From a virus: a DNA stretch of 64,000 bases. Shown piece after piece: positions 9,303 through 18,138 of the stretch. The stretch is taken from the IMG/VR virus record IMGVR_UViG_3300048997_000130, positions 64,001 to 128,000 of that record. The stretch is one strand, 5' to 3'. The first letter of the stretch is position 1; every line of letters begins with the position of its first letter. The notes beneath the pieces are model-generated. The model was not told the DNA's origin. It worked only from the letters and a program-made list of their open reading frames with translations, and ran no database searches. The position numbers and the translations under genes are program-made.

Positions 9303-10115
9303 TTATAAGTCCAGTTCTGGGATTTCCGGACTGACGATGGGAGAAATATTTAGAATATTCAATACTTCAGAATCCGGAAGAGGAGGACGAGAACGCGCTA
9401 ACCAACTCTGAGCCAATCGGACTCGCGAACGAGATACTGCTTGACCATCAGGATTATTACATTTTCCAGAAGCAAAAGCCGATAATCGCTCTTCGAGCGG
9501 TAATCGAGAACAAGCTGAAAATGATTGACGAGCCATACGGAGCCCGACACGATAACACTTAGTTCTATCTTGGACTAAGTCTTCACCACCCCAACCACGG
9601 GAAAAAGTCGGATCGTAAATGAATTTATAACCTGAATTGGTCAACAAAATCCGAGTCTTGGTTTTCCCATCATGATTAGGTTTATCCAACTGAATTTGAA
9701 CTAAACACCACGATCTTCCGCTATCACCACGAGATTGTGAGCCAAGCCCTAAGTCAACATCTTTCCTGTAACCGCTTTCGAAGAATGAAATAGACATCAG
9801 AAGAGCTAATGTTTGAGCCCTTCCATATTTCCCTTGGAATATTGGTTTTTCGGCCGGATCGTACGCCACATGAATGGCAGAAGTAGCGATTTCTTCATAA
9901 CGAATCCGTCCAATATCGGATGATTCTTGAGCGACTTTTATAAAAGAACGACCCGGAGGAGACCAAGTAAGCATTCGATTCACTGCCCATTGATGAAGCG
10001 ATGTTACGTCTTGAGACGTTCTTCCAGAATCATCATTAGCATAACTGACATGAGGACATATAGAAATTAAGAGTATTGATATGATAACTGTTAATATAAT
10101 ATATACGATCCGCAT
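9303..10115 (-). CDS. Secreted lysozyme-like/transglycosylase-like protein
   Basis: Hydrophobic signal peptide; LALLMSISFFESGY (helix plus catalytic ES) and GDSGRSWCLVQI. Confidence 0.6.
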   Translation of the reverse strand: MRIVYIILTVIISILLISICPHVSYANDDSGRTSQDVTSLHQWAVNRMLTWSPPGRSFIKVAQESSDIGRIRYEEIATSAIHVAYDPAEKPIFQGKYGRAQTLALLMSISFFESGYRKDVDLGLGSQSRGDSGRSWCLVQIQLDKPNHDGKTKTRILLTNSGYKFIYDPTFSRGWGGEDLVQDRTKCYRVGLRMARQSFSACSRLPLEERLSAFASGKCNNPDGQAVSRSRVRLAQSWLARSRPPLPDSEVLNILNISPIVSPEIPELDL

Positions 10116-10188
10116 ATTGACACCTGCTTCAAGATTAGATGGAACGGAACTTACTGCGGAAATTTTAAAAAGTCAATGATTTGAGGAA

Positions 10189-10455
10189 TTATCTATTCGA
10201 ACAAGGTTCCCATTCCATATATTGGACAAGCCCTGAACGTTTAGAAGTCAATTTTTCATTAGATATGTACGTGAGTTTACAATTCTTTAAATAATATTTC
10301 CCTTTGATTTCTCGAATTTTCCTTGGATCTTTGGGATTCCTCAACACTAGATCGAATTCTATGATCGTTCCTACAGCCAAATGAGGCATAGGAATGACAC
10401 TATATTCCATATGAACAGGAAGATCCAAAAAAATAAAATAAGTCTTCATATTCAT
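10189..10455 (-). CDS. Hypothetical protein
   Basis: 88-aa ORF with a plausible beta-rich sequence. Confidence 0.6.
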   Translation of the reverse strand: MNMKTYFIFLDLPVHMEYSVIPMPHLAVGTIIEFDLVLRNPKDPRKIREIKGKYYLKNCKLTYISNEKLTSKRSGLVQYMEWEPCSNR

Positions 10456-10489
10456 ATGAATACCATCACATTCTATTTAATAACATATA

Positions 10490-10940
10490 TATTTTTTTAT
10501 TCTTTTTTCTTAACTTTCTTCCAACAACAACATTTCTTTTTCTATTGAATTTTCTACTGCTGTCACTTCTACTACTGCTGTTGCTTCTACTGTTCCTACT
10601 GCTACTACGTTCGTTTCCACTGAGTTATCATGCTTTGGAAAAGCATTTGTTGATTTCTTTGTTTATTAATAAACATAGAATGAGATCAAAAAAGAATAAA
10701 GAAAAATAAAAAGATCTAAAAAATAAAAAGATCTTTTTATTTGCTATAGAGGGGCGATGAACGCAAGATTCAGCTACTCTATAGGATCGCAGGTCCAGTG
10801 TCTTTGGATTGTCTGACGGATCTTCAGTTATTCTAGGTTTTCTGGGTAATCCCACCAAAGGATCATGGATGATGAAAGACTCGTTAACACTTCTAGCAGC
10901 ATCCATGGAGGATCCATGTATTGTCATTTGTAGATCCTCG
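10490..10940. other. AT-rich origin-like locus at the strand switch
   Basis: Three exact GATCTTTTTATTT 13-mers (10704-10716 and 10721-10733 on minus, 10730-10742 on plus), 22-bp palindrome 10721-10742, 8 GATC in 10684-10936, CTACT x6 in 10554-10606. Confidence 0.45.
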
Positions 10941-11008
10941 GCCCATTCCATGCGAATATACTCTACATTCAAAAGAATTCGAAGAAATTCATAGAATAAT
11001 TATAATAG

Positions 11009-11034
11009 TAATAGGCCGGTTAACCGGCCTATTA
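11009..11034. promoter_or_regulatory. Perfect 26-bp palindrome (operator or hairpin) just after a TATAAT
   Basis: TAATAGGCCGGTTAACCGGCCTATTA; TATAAT at 11001-11006; 15 bp upstream of ORF 11050. Confidence 0.6.
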
Positions 11035-11049
11035 GAATAGTTAATCAAA

Positions 11050-11835
11050 ATGATGAAAAAAAGCAGCAAGAAAACCAAGAAACCGAAAAAAGCTTCGGAT
11101 TTGAAACGAGAAAAAGATAATAAACAAAAATTGCTTGATAAAGCCATTGAAGACTGCGTCTACAGGGCTTCATCTTCCAAAGAACGTGAATATTTCCGAG
11201 CAATGATAGTGGAACTCGTTAAGAATAATGTTATCCCTAAAGAATTATTAGACGCAGTCCCCGCTCGTCCAGAAGATACTCAGAAGACTCGTTTTGAGCA
11301 GTTATATGATATGGCTTTGTTCCTAGCATTTCCTGGATATGATCATGAGACTCTAAGGAAATTATTAGGTCCAGAGTCAGAAGATCTCGAAGATTTGAAA
11401 ATCTGGAGGGTGATGTTGCCCCCTAAATTCAAAATAACTCATGTGCTCATTCGGGCAACTGATTTTCGACAAGCATTCGCTTTAGGGTGTGATTATGCCT
11501 GTCGAATGTCCCTGAGGCTTTATAGAAAGATTCCTGTTGACTTAACTATCCGTATTCAATTCGTGAGTCTAAGAAGTGTTCGAAGGATGCTCGAGCTCCG
11601 TTGGGCTAATCGAATGCAGTTGCGACGGAAATATAGACTCGTTGGCCGTGAATTCACCAGTAAAGAACTCACAGGGGCTCGAATGGTGGCTTTAGGGAGT
11701 CCGACCCATCCGGAATATAATATATTCAAATATGCGGAATGGAGAGATCTAATTAAGATTTTGAAGAGTGGGAATCAAATAAGAATTTCTTCGGTCGAAA
11801 CTGAAACCTTCCGACCAACCATCAATGATGATTAA
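11050..11835 (+). CDS. Hypothetical protein with Lys-rich N-terminus
   Basis: 261-aa ORF, first gene of the plus-strand block. Confidence 0.75.
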   Translation: MMKKSSKKTKKPKKASDLKREKDNKQKLLDKAIEDCVYRASSSKEREYFRAMIVELVKNNVIPKELLDAVPARPEDTQKTRFEQLYDMALFLAFPGYDHETLRKLLGPESEDLEDLKIWRVMLPPKFKITHVLIRATDFRQAFALGCDYACRMSLRLYRKIPVDLTIRIQFVSLRSVRRMLELRWANRMQLRRKYRLVGREFTSKELTGARMVALGSPTHPEYNIFKYAEWRDLIKILKSGNQIRISSVETETFRPTINDD

Positions 11836-12020
11836 TATGATAGTATCATCCGGGCTTCGGAAATACTTTCTTTTGAATTCATATATTATATATGGCTATT
11901 AGATTAGCTTCTAAAGATCACAGCGTCTCGGAAATATCTCTTCGAGATTCGAACCCTATTAATAGTTATTGATGGTATATTAATATATAATCCAAATATT
12001 GAAAGAAAAGATAACTAAAT

Positions 12021-13202
12021 ATGCAAGCTGGCAAATTCAATATAATAATCGACGGGTTTTGGGGTTCTTCAGGAAAAGGTAAGATATCTACATACCTCGC
12101 CGATCAATATAATTCTACATTCATATCATCGGCCAATTATCCGAATGCAGGTCATAGTGCTGTGTTTGAGAACGGCGTCAAATTCGTTGCCAAAGCCATT
12201 CCGACTTCAGCCATTCTCAAGAAGGTCAAAGGCACAGACATACAGTGTTTCCTTTCTCCTGGATCTGGATTCAATCCCATACAACTCTTAAAAGAATGGG
12301 AAGAATGCGACAGACCAAACATATTTATCCACGATCGAGCCTCAATAATGACTTCAGAACATGCACTTCGGGAGCGAGAAGGTTCGGATTCGACCAAACA
12401 CATTGCCTCCACCATGCAAGGTTCTGGAGTCGCTATAGCAGATAAAATAATGCGTAGACCGGATGTTCAATTAGCAAAGAATTGGGATCCGAAAGTGACC
12501 CTTCATGATAATGATCATCTTGAATCTGTGTTTGGGGATGATCTCGAGCGGATCCGAATTACGGATGGAATGGAATTCAGGAATTTAGTTCATTCTATGG
12601 TTAATAACGGGCAAACTTGGCTCCATGAAGGTTCCCAAGGTTATTCGTTGTCCATAGATCATGGGTCACAATATCCATATACTACGAGCAGGAACTGCGG
12701 AGTTCAAGCCGCCATGGATTATATGGCGATCCCACCTCAAATAGTTGGTGATGTATATTTGAATCTTCGTACTTATCCTATTCGAGTAGGGAATGTTGTT
12801 GAAAATGGACAACAACTCGGATACTCAGGTGATTTTTATCCGGATTGCACGGAACTCACTTGGAAAGAAGTTGCCCGGCGAGCTGGAATGCCTGATGAAG
12901 AAGCTCAAATGCTAGCTGAACGCGAGCGGACTACAGTGACAAAACGAATTAGAAGGGTTTGTAATTTTTCGTATCTTGGATTACAAGATGCCGTGAGAAC
13001 GAATGGTGCGACCAAACTTTCCATGAATTTTATTCAATATATTGATTGGTCTGACGCTGGTTTACGAGGAGGAAAAGAAGCTTTCAAGAAGCTTTCCAAG
13101 AAAAGCAGAACTTTCATTGATAAAGTCGAAGAAGTTGCTGGAGTCCCGGTTGTTCTTATTGGAACAGGCGCCAGTCATGAAGAAATCATTAATTTGCTGT
13201 AA
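12021..13202 (+). CDS. purZ: Adenylosuccinate-synthetase family protein with PurZ signature (probable diaminopurine-pathway synthetase)
   Basis: DGFWGSSGKGK (Ser replaces the PurA catalytic Asp of GDEGKG), PNAGHS, IAST..GSG, EGSQGYSLSIDHG.YPYTTSR, RTYPIRVGN, ERTTVTKRIRRV, and NFIQY instead of TKLD. Confidence 0.78.
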   Translation: MQAGKFNIIIDGFWGSSGKGKISTYLADQYNSTFISSANYPNAGHSAVFENGVKFVAKAIPTSAILKKVKGTDIQCFLSPGSGFNPIQLLKEWEECDRPNIFIHDRASIMTSEHALREREGSDSTKHIASTMQGSGVAIADKIMRRPDVQLAKNWDPKVTLHDNDHLESVFGDDLERIRITDGMEFRNLVHSMVNNGQTWLHEGSQGYSLSIDHGSQYPYTTSRNCGVQAAMDYMAIPPQIVGDVYLNLRTYPIRVGNVVENGQQLGYSGDFYPDCTELTWKEVARRAGMPDEEAQMLAERERTTVTKRIRRVCNFSYLGLQDAVRTNGATKLSMNFIQYIDWSDAGLRGGKEAFKKLSKKSRTFIDKVEEVAGVPVVLIGTGASHEEIINLL

Positions 13203-13865
13203 ATGGCAAAATCTAAGCATGGGCATTATGTTGGAAATAAACCAAGCCCAGAATATTATACGTGGCGTTCTATTAAAGCAAGATGTTTAAATCCAAAACA
13301 TCATAATTATGATGTTTATGGTGGAGCTGGAATAATTTTAGATGAAGTCTGGGCATCTAATTTTGAAATATTCTTACGTGATATCGGGCTTCGTCCTTCA
13401 CGGCATCATACTTTAGATAGAATCAAAAATGATTTAGGATATGTTCCAGGCAATGTTAGATGGGCAACTCGACACATTCAAAATCGGAATCGCAGTGATA
13501 ATCATTGGATTACGTTTAATAATGAGACATTATGTCTCAAAGATTGGGCTAATAAATTAGGTTGTACGCCCAATGCAATACGTACAAGGGTATTACGTGG
13601 TTGGTCTTGGGAAGCTGCGGTTAGTACTCTACCCAATCCAAAATTACAAACCAAAAAGAAAATATATAATCAATTAGAGACAATCGATAAAGATATTAAG
13701 GTACATATTACACAACAAGCAATAAAATTATATAATGGCGGACAATTGATTCGATCTATAACGAAACATGAATTAAATAATGATAAATCGTTGTCGAATT
13801 CGATATCCAATATTATTGATATAATTCGTGTTTTAGAATCAAATACTATAGCTACGCCGATTTGA
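13203..13865 (+). CDS. Free-standing HNH-type homing endonuclease
   Basis: EYYTWRSIKARCLNP..YGGAGI..HTLDRIKNDLGYVPGNVRWAT..QNRNR plus a C-terminal DNA-binding segment. Confidence 0.85.
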   Translation: MAKSKHGHYVGNKPSPEYYTWRSIKARCLNPKHHNYDVYGGAGIILDEVWASNFEIFLRDIGLRPSRHHTLDRIKNDLGYVPGNVRWATRHIQNRNRSDNHWITFNNETLCLKDWANKLGCTPNAIRTRVLRGWSWEAAVSTLPNPKLQTKKKIYNQLETIDKDIKVHITQQAIKLYNGGQLIRSITKHELNNDKSLSNSISNIIDIIRVLESNTIATPI

Positions 13866-13895
13866 AAGCCTCTAGTATAATTCTGATATTCAGTA

Positions 13896-14144
13896 ATGGA
13901 TATTCCTAAAGTTTTCCAAACCGGCGTAGCGACAACTGTTCTCAATAAATTTGGGAACCGAGTTTATATTGGTCAGCATGAATTGAAATTCATAAAAAGC
14001 ATTTCAATTCATGCTGACATCCCCTTAGATAAATACCAAGTCACTATTCAATTTCAAAGTCCAGAGACGCTTGACGTCCAAGACGAAATTGAAGAACAAA
14101 TTCGAATTGTTAAGACTTGCGCGTGGATTTCTGTCGTCGAGTAG
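13896..14144 (+). CDS. Hypothetical protein
   Basis: 82-aa ORF. Confidence 0.6.
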   Translation: MDIPKVFQTGVATTVLNKFGNRVYIGQHELKFIKSISIHADIPLDKYQVTIQFQSPETLDVQDEIEEQIRIVKTCAWISVVE

Positions 14145-14415
14145 AACGAACTTTTTTAGCGTTTCGCTTAGCAGTGAGTTCACGCATGATTTGAATTAAA
14201 TAGGCCGTACACCGATATCCATACATCTCGTCTTGATTTTTGAATTTGGTATCAGCTTCAAACAGTTTGATAGTTTGAAATTCAACTTCGAATTTTTCAG
14301 GATTTTTTATATAGCGGCGCATCCATTCATTGAATGCTTGCGCCATATAAATATTAATATTTGGATTTGAATTTTTGGATTGTAACCGGGACTTATTTAT
14401 TGTTTTAGATTTCAT
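14110..14415 (-). CDS. Hypothetical protein
   Basis: 101-aa ORF, coupled to the upstream ORF. Confidence 0.6.
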   Translation of the reverse strand: MKSKTINKSRLQSKNSNPNINIYMAQAFNEWMRRYIKNPEKFEVEFQTIKLFEADTKFKNQDEMYGYRCTAYLIQIMRELTAKRNAKKVRSTRRQKSTRKS

Positions 14416-14975
14416 TATGGTGACTTCTTTTTGCGTTTTAAATGAATACCAATTTGATCGGTATTCTCAATCATATATTTATGAACTGAATTGAAATATC
14501 CAGCTATCGGATGTGCTGCATCTTTTCGCATTAATCGTTCTAAAATCAACATATTTTCATAATCGGAAAACAACCAATTTTCAGTTATCGGGACTCCGGG
14601 ACTAATTTGACTCCAAACATTTCCAAATGGCAGCATTATTAATACGTATTCAGTCTTTTGGAAATGCGGAGGACTAGAAGTCGGTATGAATTCTTCACGG
14701 CGTTTAACCGAAAAAAAGACTCCAGGAGGTAAATCTATTCCGTTAGGAGTTTGAGTTACCCATCGTTTAATACTTACCCACTTAACTTCAGGGGTTTTTA
14801 TACCTGACAGTTTTCGACATTTTAAAGAACAACTATATAACGCTGATGGTGATAGTTCACATGTCCATGGTCGGAAGTCCGATGGTAAATCGGTATTTAC
14901 ATGTAGTTCATTAAACCAAAAAACTCCAAGCGATGTTATGCGTTGTTGTAATGTTGGTTTTTGTTCTTCATCCAT
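14415..14975 (-). CDS. Hypothetical protein
   Basis: Start moved to MDEEQK (14975) to avoid overlap with the divergent thyX. Confidence 0.65.
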   Translation of the reverse strand: MDEEQKPTLQQRITSLGVFWFNELHVNTDLPSDFRPWTCELSPSALYSCSLKCRKLSGIKTPEVKWVSIKRWVTQTPNGIDLPPGVFFSVKRREEFIPTSSPPHFQKTEYVLIMLPFGNVWSQISPGVPITENWLFSDYENMLILERLMRKDAAHPIAGYFNSVHKYMIENTDQIGIHLKRKKKSP

Positions 14976-14991
14976 AGAAAGACTCCATAAA

Positions 14992-16335
14992 ATGACGCAT
15001 AGATCAGCCAATATCTTCTGTCTTACCGATTCAGAAGGGAGATTATTATCTCCAGCTGTACAAGCTACTGTACTAGCAAAATATTCAAGATCCCCATTAT
15101 CAGCTCAAGAATTACTTGCGCAGTTAACTGAAGAAGAAGCTGATAAATTCCAAAGCAAATGGGTTGTTGGATATGGTCATGACTCCGTTGCAGAATTGGC
15201 AACAATACCAATATGTTTAGAAGGTGTATCTATCATAGCTTCCAAGATTCTAGAGTCTTGGCCGCGCGCGGCTTATTCTGAAAAAAGCACTCGATATCAA
15301 ATTTTTTCGAAGGATTCGTTTGTTACGCCTCCTGGCGCTCCTGATACAATGAAACAGTTCGCCGGACGATTTTACGAAGCTTATGCTGCATTAAATGTTC
15401 GAATGATTCGTAAAATCGCCGAACTTGTAGGTGATGATCCGGAAAATCCTAAAACAACTACTAAGGCACGAGCGTTCGATAACGTCCGTTATTTGCTGCC
15501 AGCCGGAACTGGCACTAACGTGGCTGCTGCAATGAACTTACGTGACGTGCGCGACATGATAACAACGTTGCGCGGTCATACCAATAGTGAATTCAAAGCC
15601 ATTGGTGAAGGAGTTTATACTGCTGCCATGAGGATGGCTCCGGCACTCATCAAATATACTGAACCCGATACTTTTTCATTACCAGTTAAAAGCTTAGGAG
15701 CAATAAACTCGGCATTCTCATATGAACATCCACAGCCGTGCGTCAATATTTATAATTCAGAATGCATATCTGATCCTCAAATGGAAATGTCCATTTTTAA
15801 AGCCGCTGTCCAAGATAGACATACTATGAATTGGGAAACATTTAATCAACACATGTTATCTCGACCTTCTCATGCTGGAGTCCCAGATATTTTTAAAACT
15901 ATCAAAATCTCGTTCGAAATTATTATGGATTATGGCGCATTCCGCGATTTACAAAGGCATCGGCGTTGTGATCAATTCACAGAACCCTTCCGATCCGATT
16001 ATGGATATGTGGTCCCTGAAGATATAGTGGGAACCGATTTGGAACCGGATTATCGGTCAGCCATGGAATCTCTATCGTCATATCAAGACGAACGCGTAGT
16101 CCACGATCCGGATTGGTTCCAATATATGATTCCGCTTGGATATTTACATAGATCAATCTTTCAAATGGATTTGAAAGAACTCTATTACATAACTGAACTT
16201 CGTACTAAACCACAGGGACATATTTCGTATAGAAGAATTGCTTATGAAATATATCTGTTAGCACAACAGCGATTCCCGGAGCTTATGCAATGGTGTCGTG
16301 TTGTTAAGCCCGAATCTGTAGGTTTACATACATGA
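14992..16335 (+). CDS. thyX: Flavin-dependent thymidylate synthase-like protein, tandem two-domain ThyX form
   Basis: AKYSRS, GYGHDSVAELA, EKSTRYQ, RYLLP, DYGAFRDLQRHR, ELRT..QGH.SYR; start moved to MTHRSA. Confidence 0.85.
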   Translation: MTHRSANIFCLTDSEGRLLSPAVQATVLAKYSRSPLSAQELLAQLTEEEADKFQSKWVVGYGHDSVAELATIPICLEGVSIIASKILESWPRAAYSEKSTRYQIFSKDSFVTPPGAPDTMKQFAGRFYEAYAALNVRMIRKIAELVGDDPENPKTTTKARAFDNVRYLLPAGTGTNVAAAMNLRDVRDMITTLRGHTNSEFKAIGEGVYTAAMRMAPALIKYTEPDTFSLPVKSLGAINSAFSYEHPQPCVNIYNSECISDPQMEMSIFKAAVQDRHTMNWETFNQHMLSRPSHAGVPDIFKTIKISFEIIMDYGAFRDLQRHRRCDQFTEPFRSDYGYVVPEDIVGTDLEPDYRSAMESLSSYQDERVVHDPDWFQYMIPLGYLHRSIFQMDLKELYYITELRTKPQGHISYRRIAYEIYLLAQQRFPELMQWCRVVKPESVGLHT

Positions 16336-16559
16336 AAGATATCAATACACCTGGATTTCTATCATTCGAACTCAGTGGACCAGTTTGTGGAATAAAGGAA
16401 TGTTCAGGTGTATTGATATATAATATCGATTTAAATACCAAAAAGTCTTTTTATCGTTGTTCTGAATGTAAAACCGAATTCGATAGACAATCTGAGTTGT
16501 ATAAAAAACAAAAAGAAACTTTGGAACTCTTAATAAGTTTATTAATAATTATTTTATGA
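16332..16559 (+). CDS. Small Zn-ribbon protein with hydrophobic tail
   Basis: PVCGIKEC..YRCSECK; ATGA overlap with thyX. Confidence 0.6.
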   Translation: MKDINTPGFLSFELSGPVCGIKECSGVLIYNIDLNTKKSFYRCSECKTEFDRQSELYKKQKETLELLISLLIIIL

Positions 16560-16777
16560 GAGTCCATATATTCGGAACGCACTTTGTAAATAGGTTCCCG
16601 AATATTCGATTTTCAGAAGAACAATTTGAAGCAATTTGGTTATGTAGTCGCTGTCATTATCGAGTGTCTCGATTTTATTTGATTGACTGTCGGGTCATCG
16701 ACAATCCGCAGCGACTTGTTCCAGAAGAATATAGAGATTGCGATGTTGAAATTGCCCGCCGTATCATGACGAGCTAA
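16556..16777 (+). CDS. Small H/CxxC/C protein with shared C-terminal tag
   Basis: WLCSRC..DCDVEIARRIMTS*. Confidence 0.7.
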   Translation: MRVHIFGTHFVNRFPNIRFSEEQFEAIWLCSRCHYRVSRFYLIDCRVIDNPQRLVPEEYRDCDVEIARRIMTS

Positions 16778-17701
16778 TCATATGCTAAAAAATTGATGAA
16801 CCCATCCTTTAATTGTTACCCAATGTTGAATTATCCATTGAGCAGCTGTTCCAACTGCTGCTAAAGTGGAAAGCGGGATAGTAATCTTACGTGAAATCCC
16901 TTTACTGGCTTTGTCCGTCTGATTTTGGATCGATTGAATAGCAATATCAGTCGAATTTTTAATATGGGTTTCAAAAGCGTCCATGCGCCGATCATGGATT
17001 ACATTAGTAGTAATTAATTTTAAAATTTCTTCAGTATGTCTGGCTTGAGAATCTTCATAATCGCTGAATGTTTTCTTGATTTGAGTTTGTACAGCCAATG
17101 AAGTATCTCTAGAAATACCAGCATGTTCTAATGCATTCTTTGCAGCAGTCTTAACATTTTCTACACTGTTTTCGATTTTAGTTAAATGATTTTGTAAACC
17201 TTGGACTTCACGACCAAGTCCCTGAATTTTTCCTTCTGTTGATTTAGTTAAATGTCCAAGCCTATTATTTAACTCCCATTGACGATTTAAAGCTTCCATT
17301 TGCATTTTCATAAATGCAAATGTATGGCCTCCATCTTCAGTATTATTGATGCATTCGACTTGCATCCAATATATTGGAGCTTCGAGCTTAAAGAATGTGT
17401 TATACCACCATATTATTGTATTATTTAATGATTTACTTGGCCAAATAAAATATTGTTGAGGATCCCCAGTTAATGTATTCTGAATCGCTATTCGTAATTG
17501 ATCATGGAACTGAGGTTGGATAAATTCAAATATAGATAGAGATTGCAGTTTAGATAAATCACATCCAAGTTTGGTTAATACGAAATCGTTTGCCCAAGTG
17601 AATCGTTCTTGATCCAGATTGACTTCGAACATACCTTTATCAGTTAGAGATCTCCCATGAGATCGCATGGTTAAGATAGTGCTATCCATCTTATGTTTCA
17701 T
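16778..17701 (-). CDS. PAS domain + coiled coil + C-terminal membrane anchor
   Basis: FTWANDFVLTKLGC..LSIFEFIQPQFH..IIWW (PAS pattern), heptad-rich middle, ITIPLSTLAAVGTAAQWIIQHW. Confidence 0.7.
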   Translation of the reverse strand: MKHKMDSTILTMRSHGRSLTDKGMFEVNLDQERFTWANDFVLTKLGCDLSKLQSLSIFEFIQPQFHDQLRIAIQNTLTGDPQQYFIWPSKSLNNTIIWWYNTFFKLEAPIYWMQVECINNTEDGGHTFAFMKMQMEALNRQWELNNRLGHLTKSTEGKIQGLGREVQGLQNHLTKIENSVENVKTAAKNALEHAGISRDTSLAVQTQIKKTFSDYEDSQARHTEEILKLITTNVIHDRRMDAFETHIKNSTDIAIQSIQNQTDKASKGISRKITIPLSTLAAVGTAAQWIIQHWVTIKGWVHQFFSI

Positions 17702-17779
17702 GGCTTTTATGTTTCATGTTGATAAAAGCCTCCGAAATCCATCCCAATAATACTCCAATACAGTTGGTATTGTCACGAC

Positions 17780-18133
17780 ATGGCGTCATCAATACCTAAC
17801 CGATTAATTATGCAATGTGATAAATGCAGAGTTGCTCAACATTGCCAAAAGCAAGGTTCAAGCCCGCTCTATAATAATACTACGATGTTGTTATGTAGAA
17901 TCGTAGGGGGATATGGGAAAGAGCCAGTTCCTCTTGCTATTTTATCTGAATCTAGTAAAAAGTTGGTTGAAGAACACGGTCCATGTCTTACGATTGCAGA
18001 GATCCCGATTCGAGATGAAGCTTCAGGAGACGTTTATTTCGAAACCATTAAGATTTTCCATGAACCAATATTACATGAAAGAGAAAAGACAAATTTCCAC
18101 TTGGATATGTTATATCCAAGAAGCCATAATTAA
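17780..18133 (+). CDS. Hypothetical Cys-containing protein
   Basis: CDKC..HC near the N-terminus. Confidence 0.65.
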   Translation: MASSIPNRLIMQCDKCRVAQHCQKQGSSPLYNNTTMLLCRIVGGYGKEPVPLAILSESSKKLVEEHGPCLTIAEIPIRDEASGDVYFETIKIFHEPILHEREKTNFHLDMLYPRSHN

Positions 18134-18138
18134 AGAAA

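Noticed and set aside
10520-10625. V/A/E/T-rich reading frame from the CTACT repeats (VETNVVAVGTVEATAVVEV..)
   Set aside because: Closed by an upstream in-frame TAA, with only a GTG start and no RBS; better explained as a DNA repeat
10628-10972. 114-aa minus-strand ORF over the origin-like locus
   Set aside because: Its C-terminal third is a low-complexity translation of the A/T repeats (FLFFRSFYFSLFFF) and it has no recognisable motif. It is not listed as a CDS, although the N-terminal part could be real.
11940-11960. GGTTCGAATC T-loop-like sequence upstream of purZ
   Set aside because: No T-stem beyond 3 bp and no acceptor or D arm
12021-13202. Ordinary purA annotation
   Set aside because: The catalytic Asp of GDEGKG is Ser and the guanine-specificity TKLD motif is NFIQ
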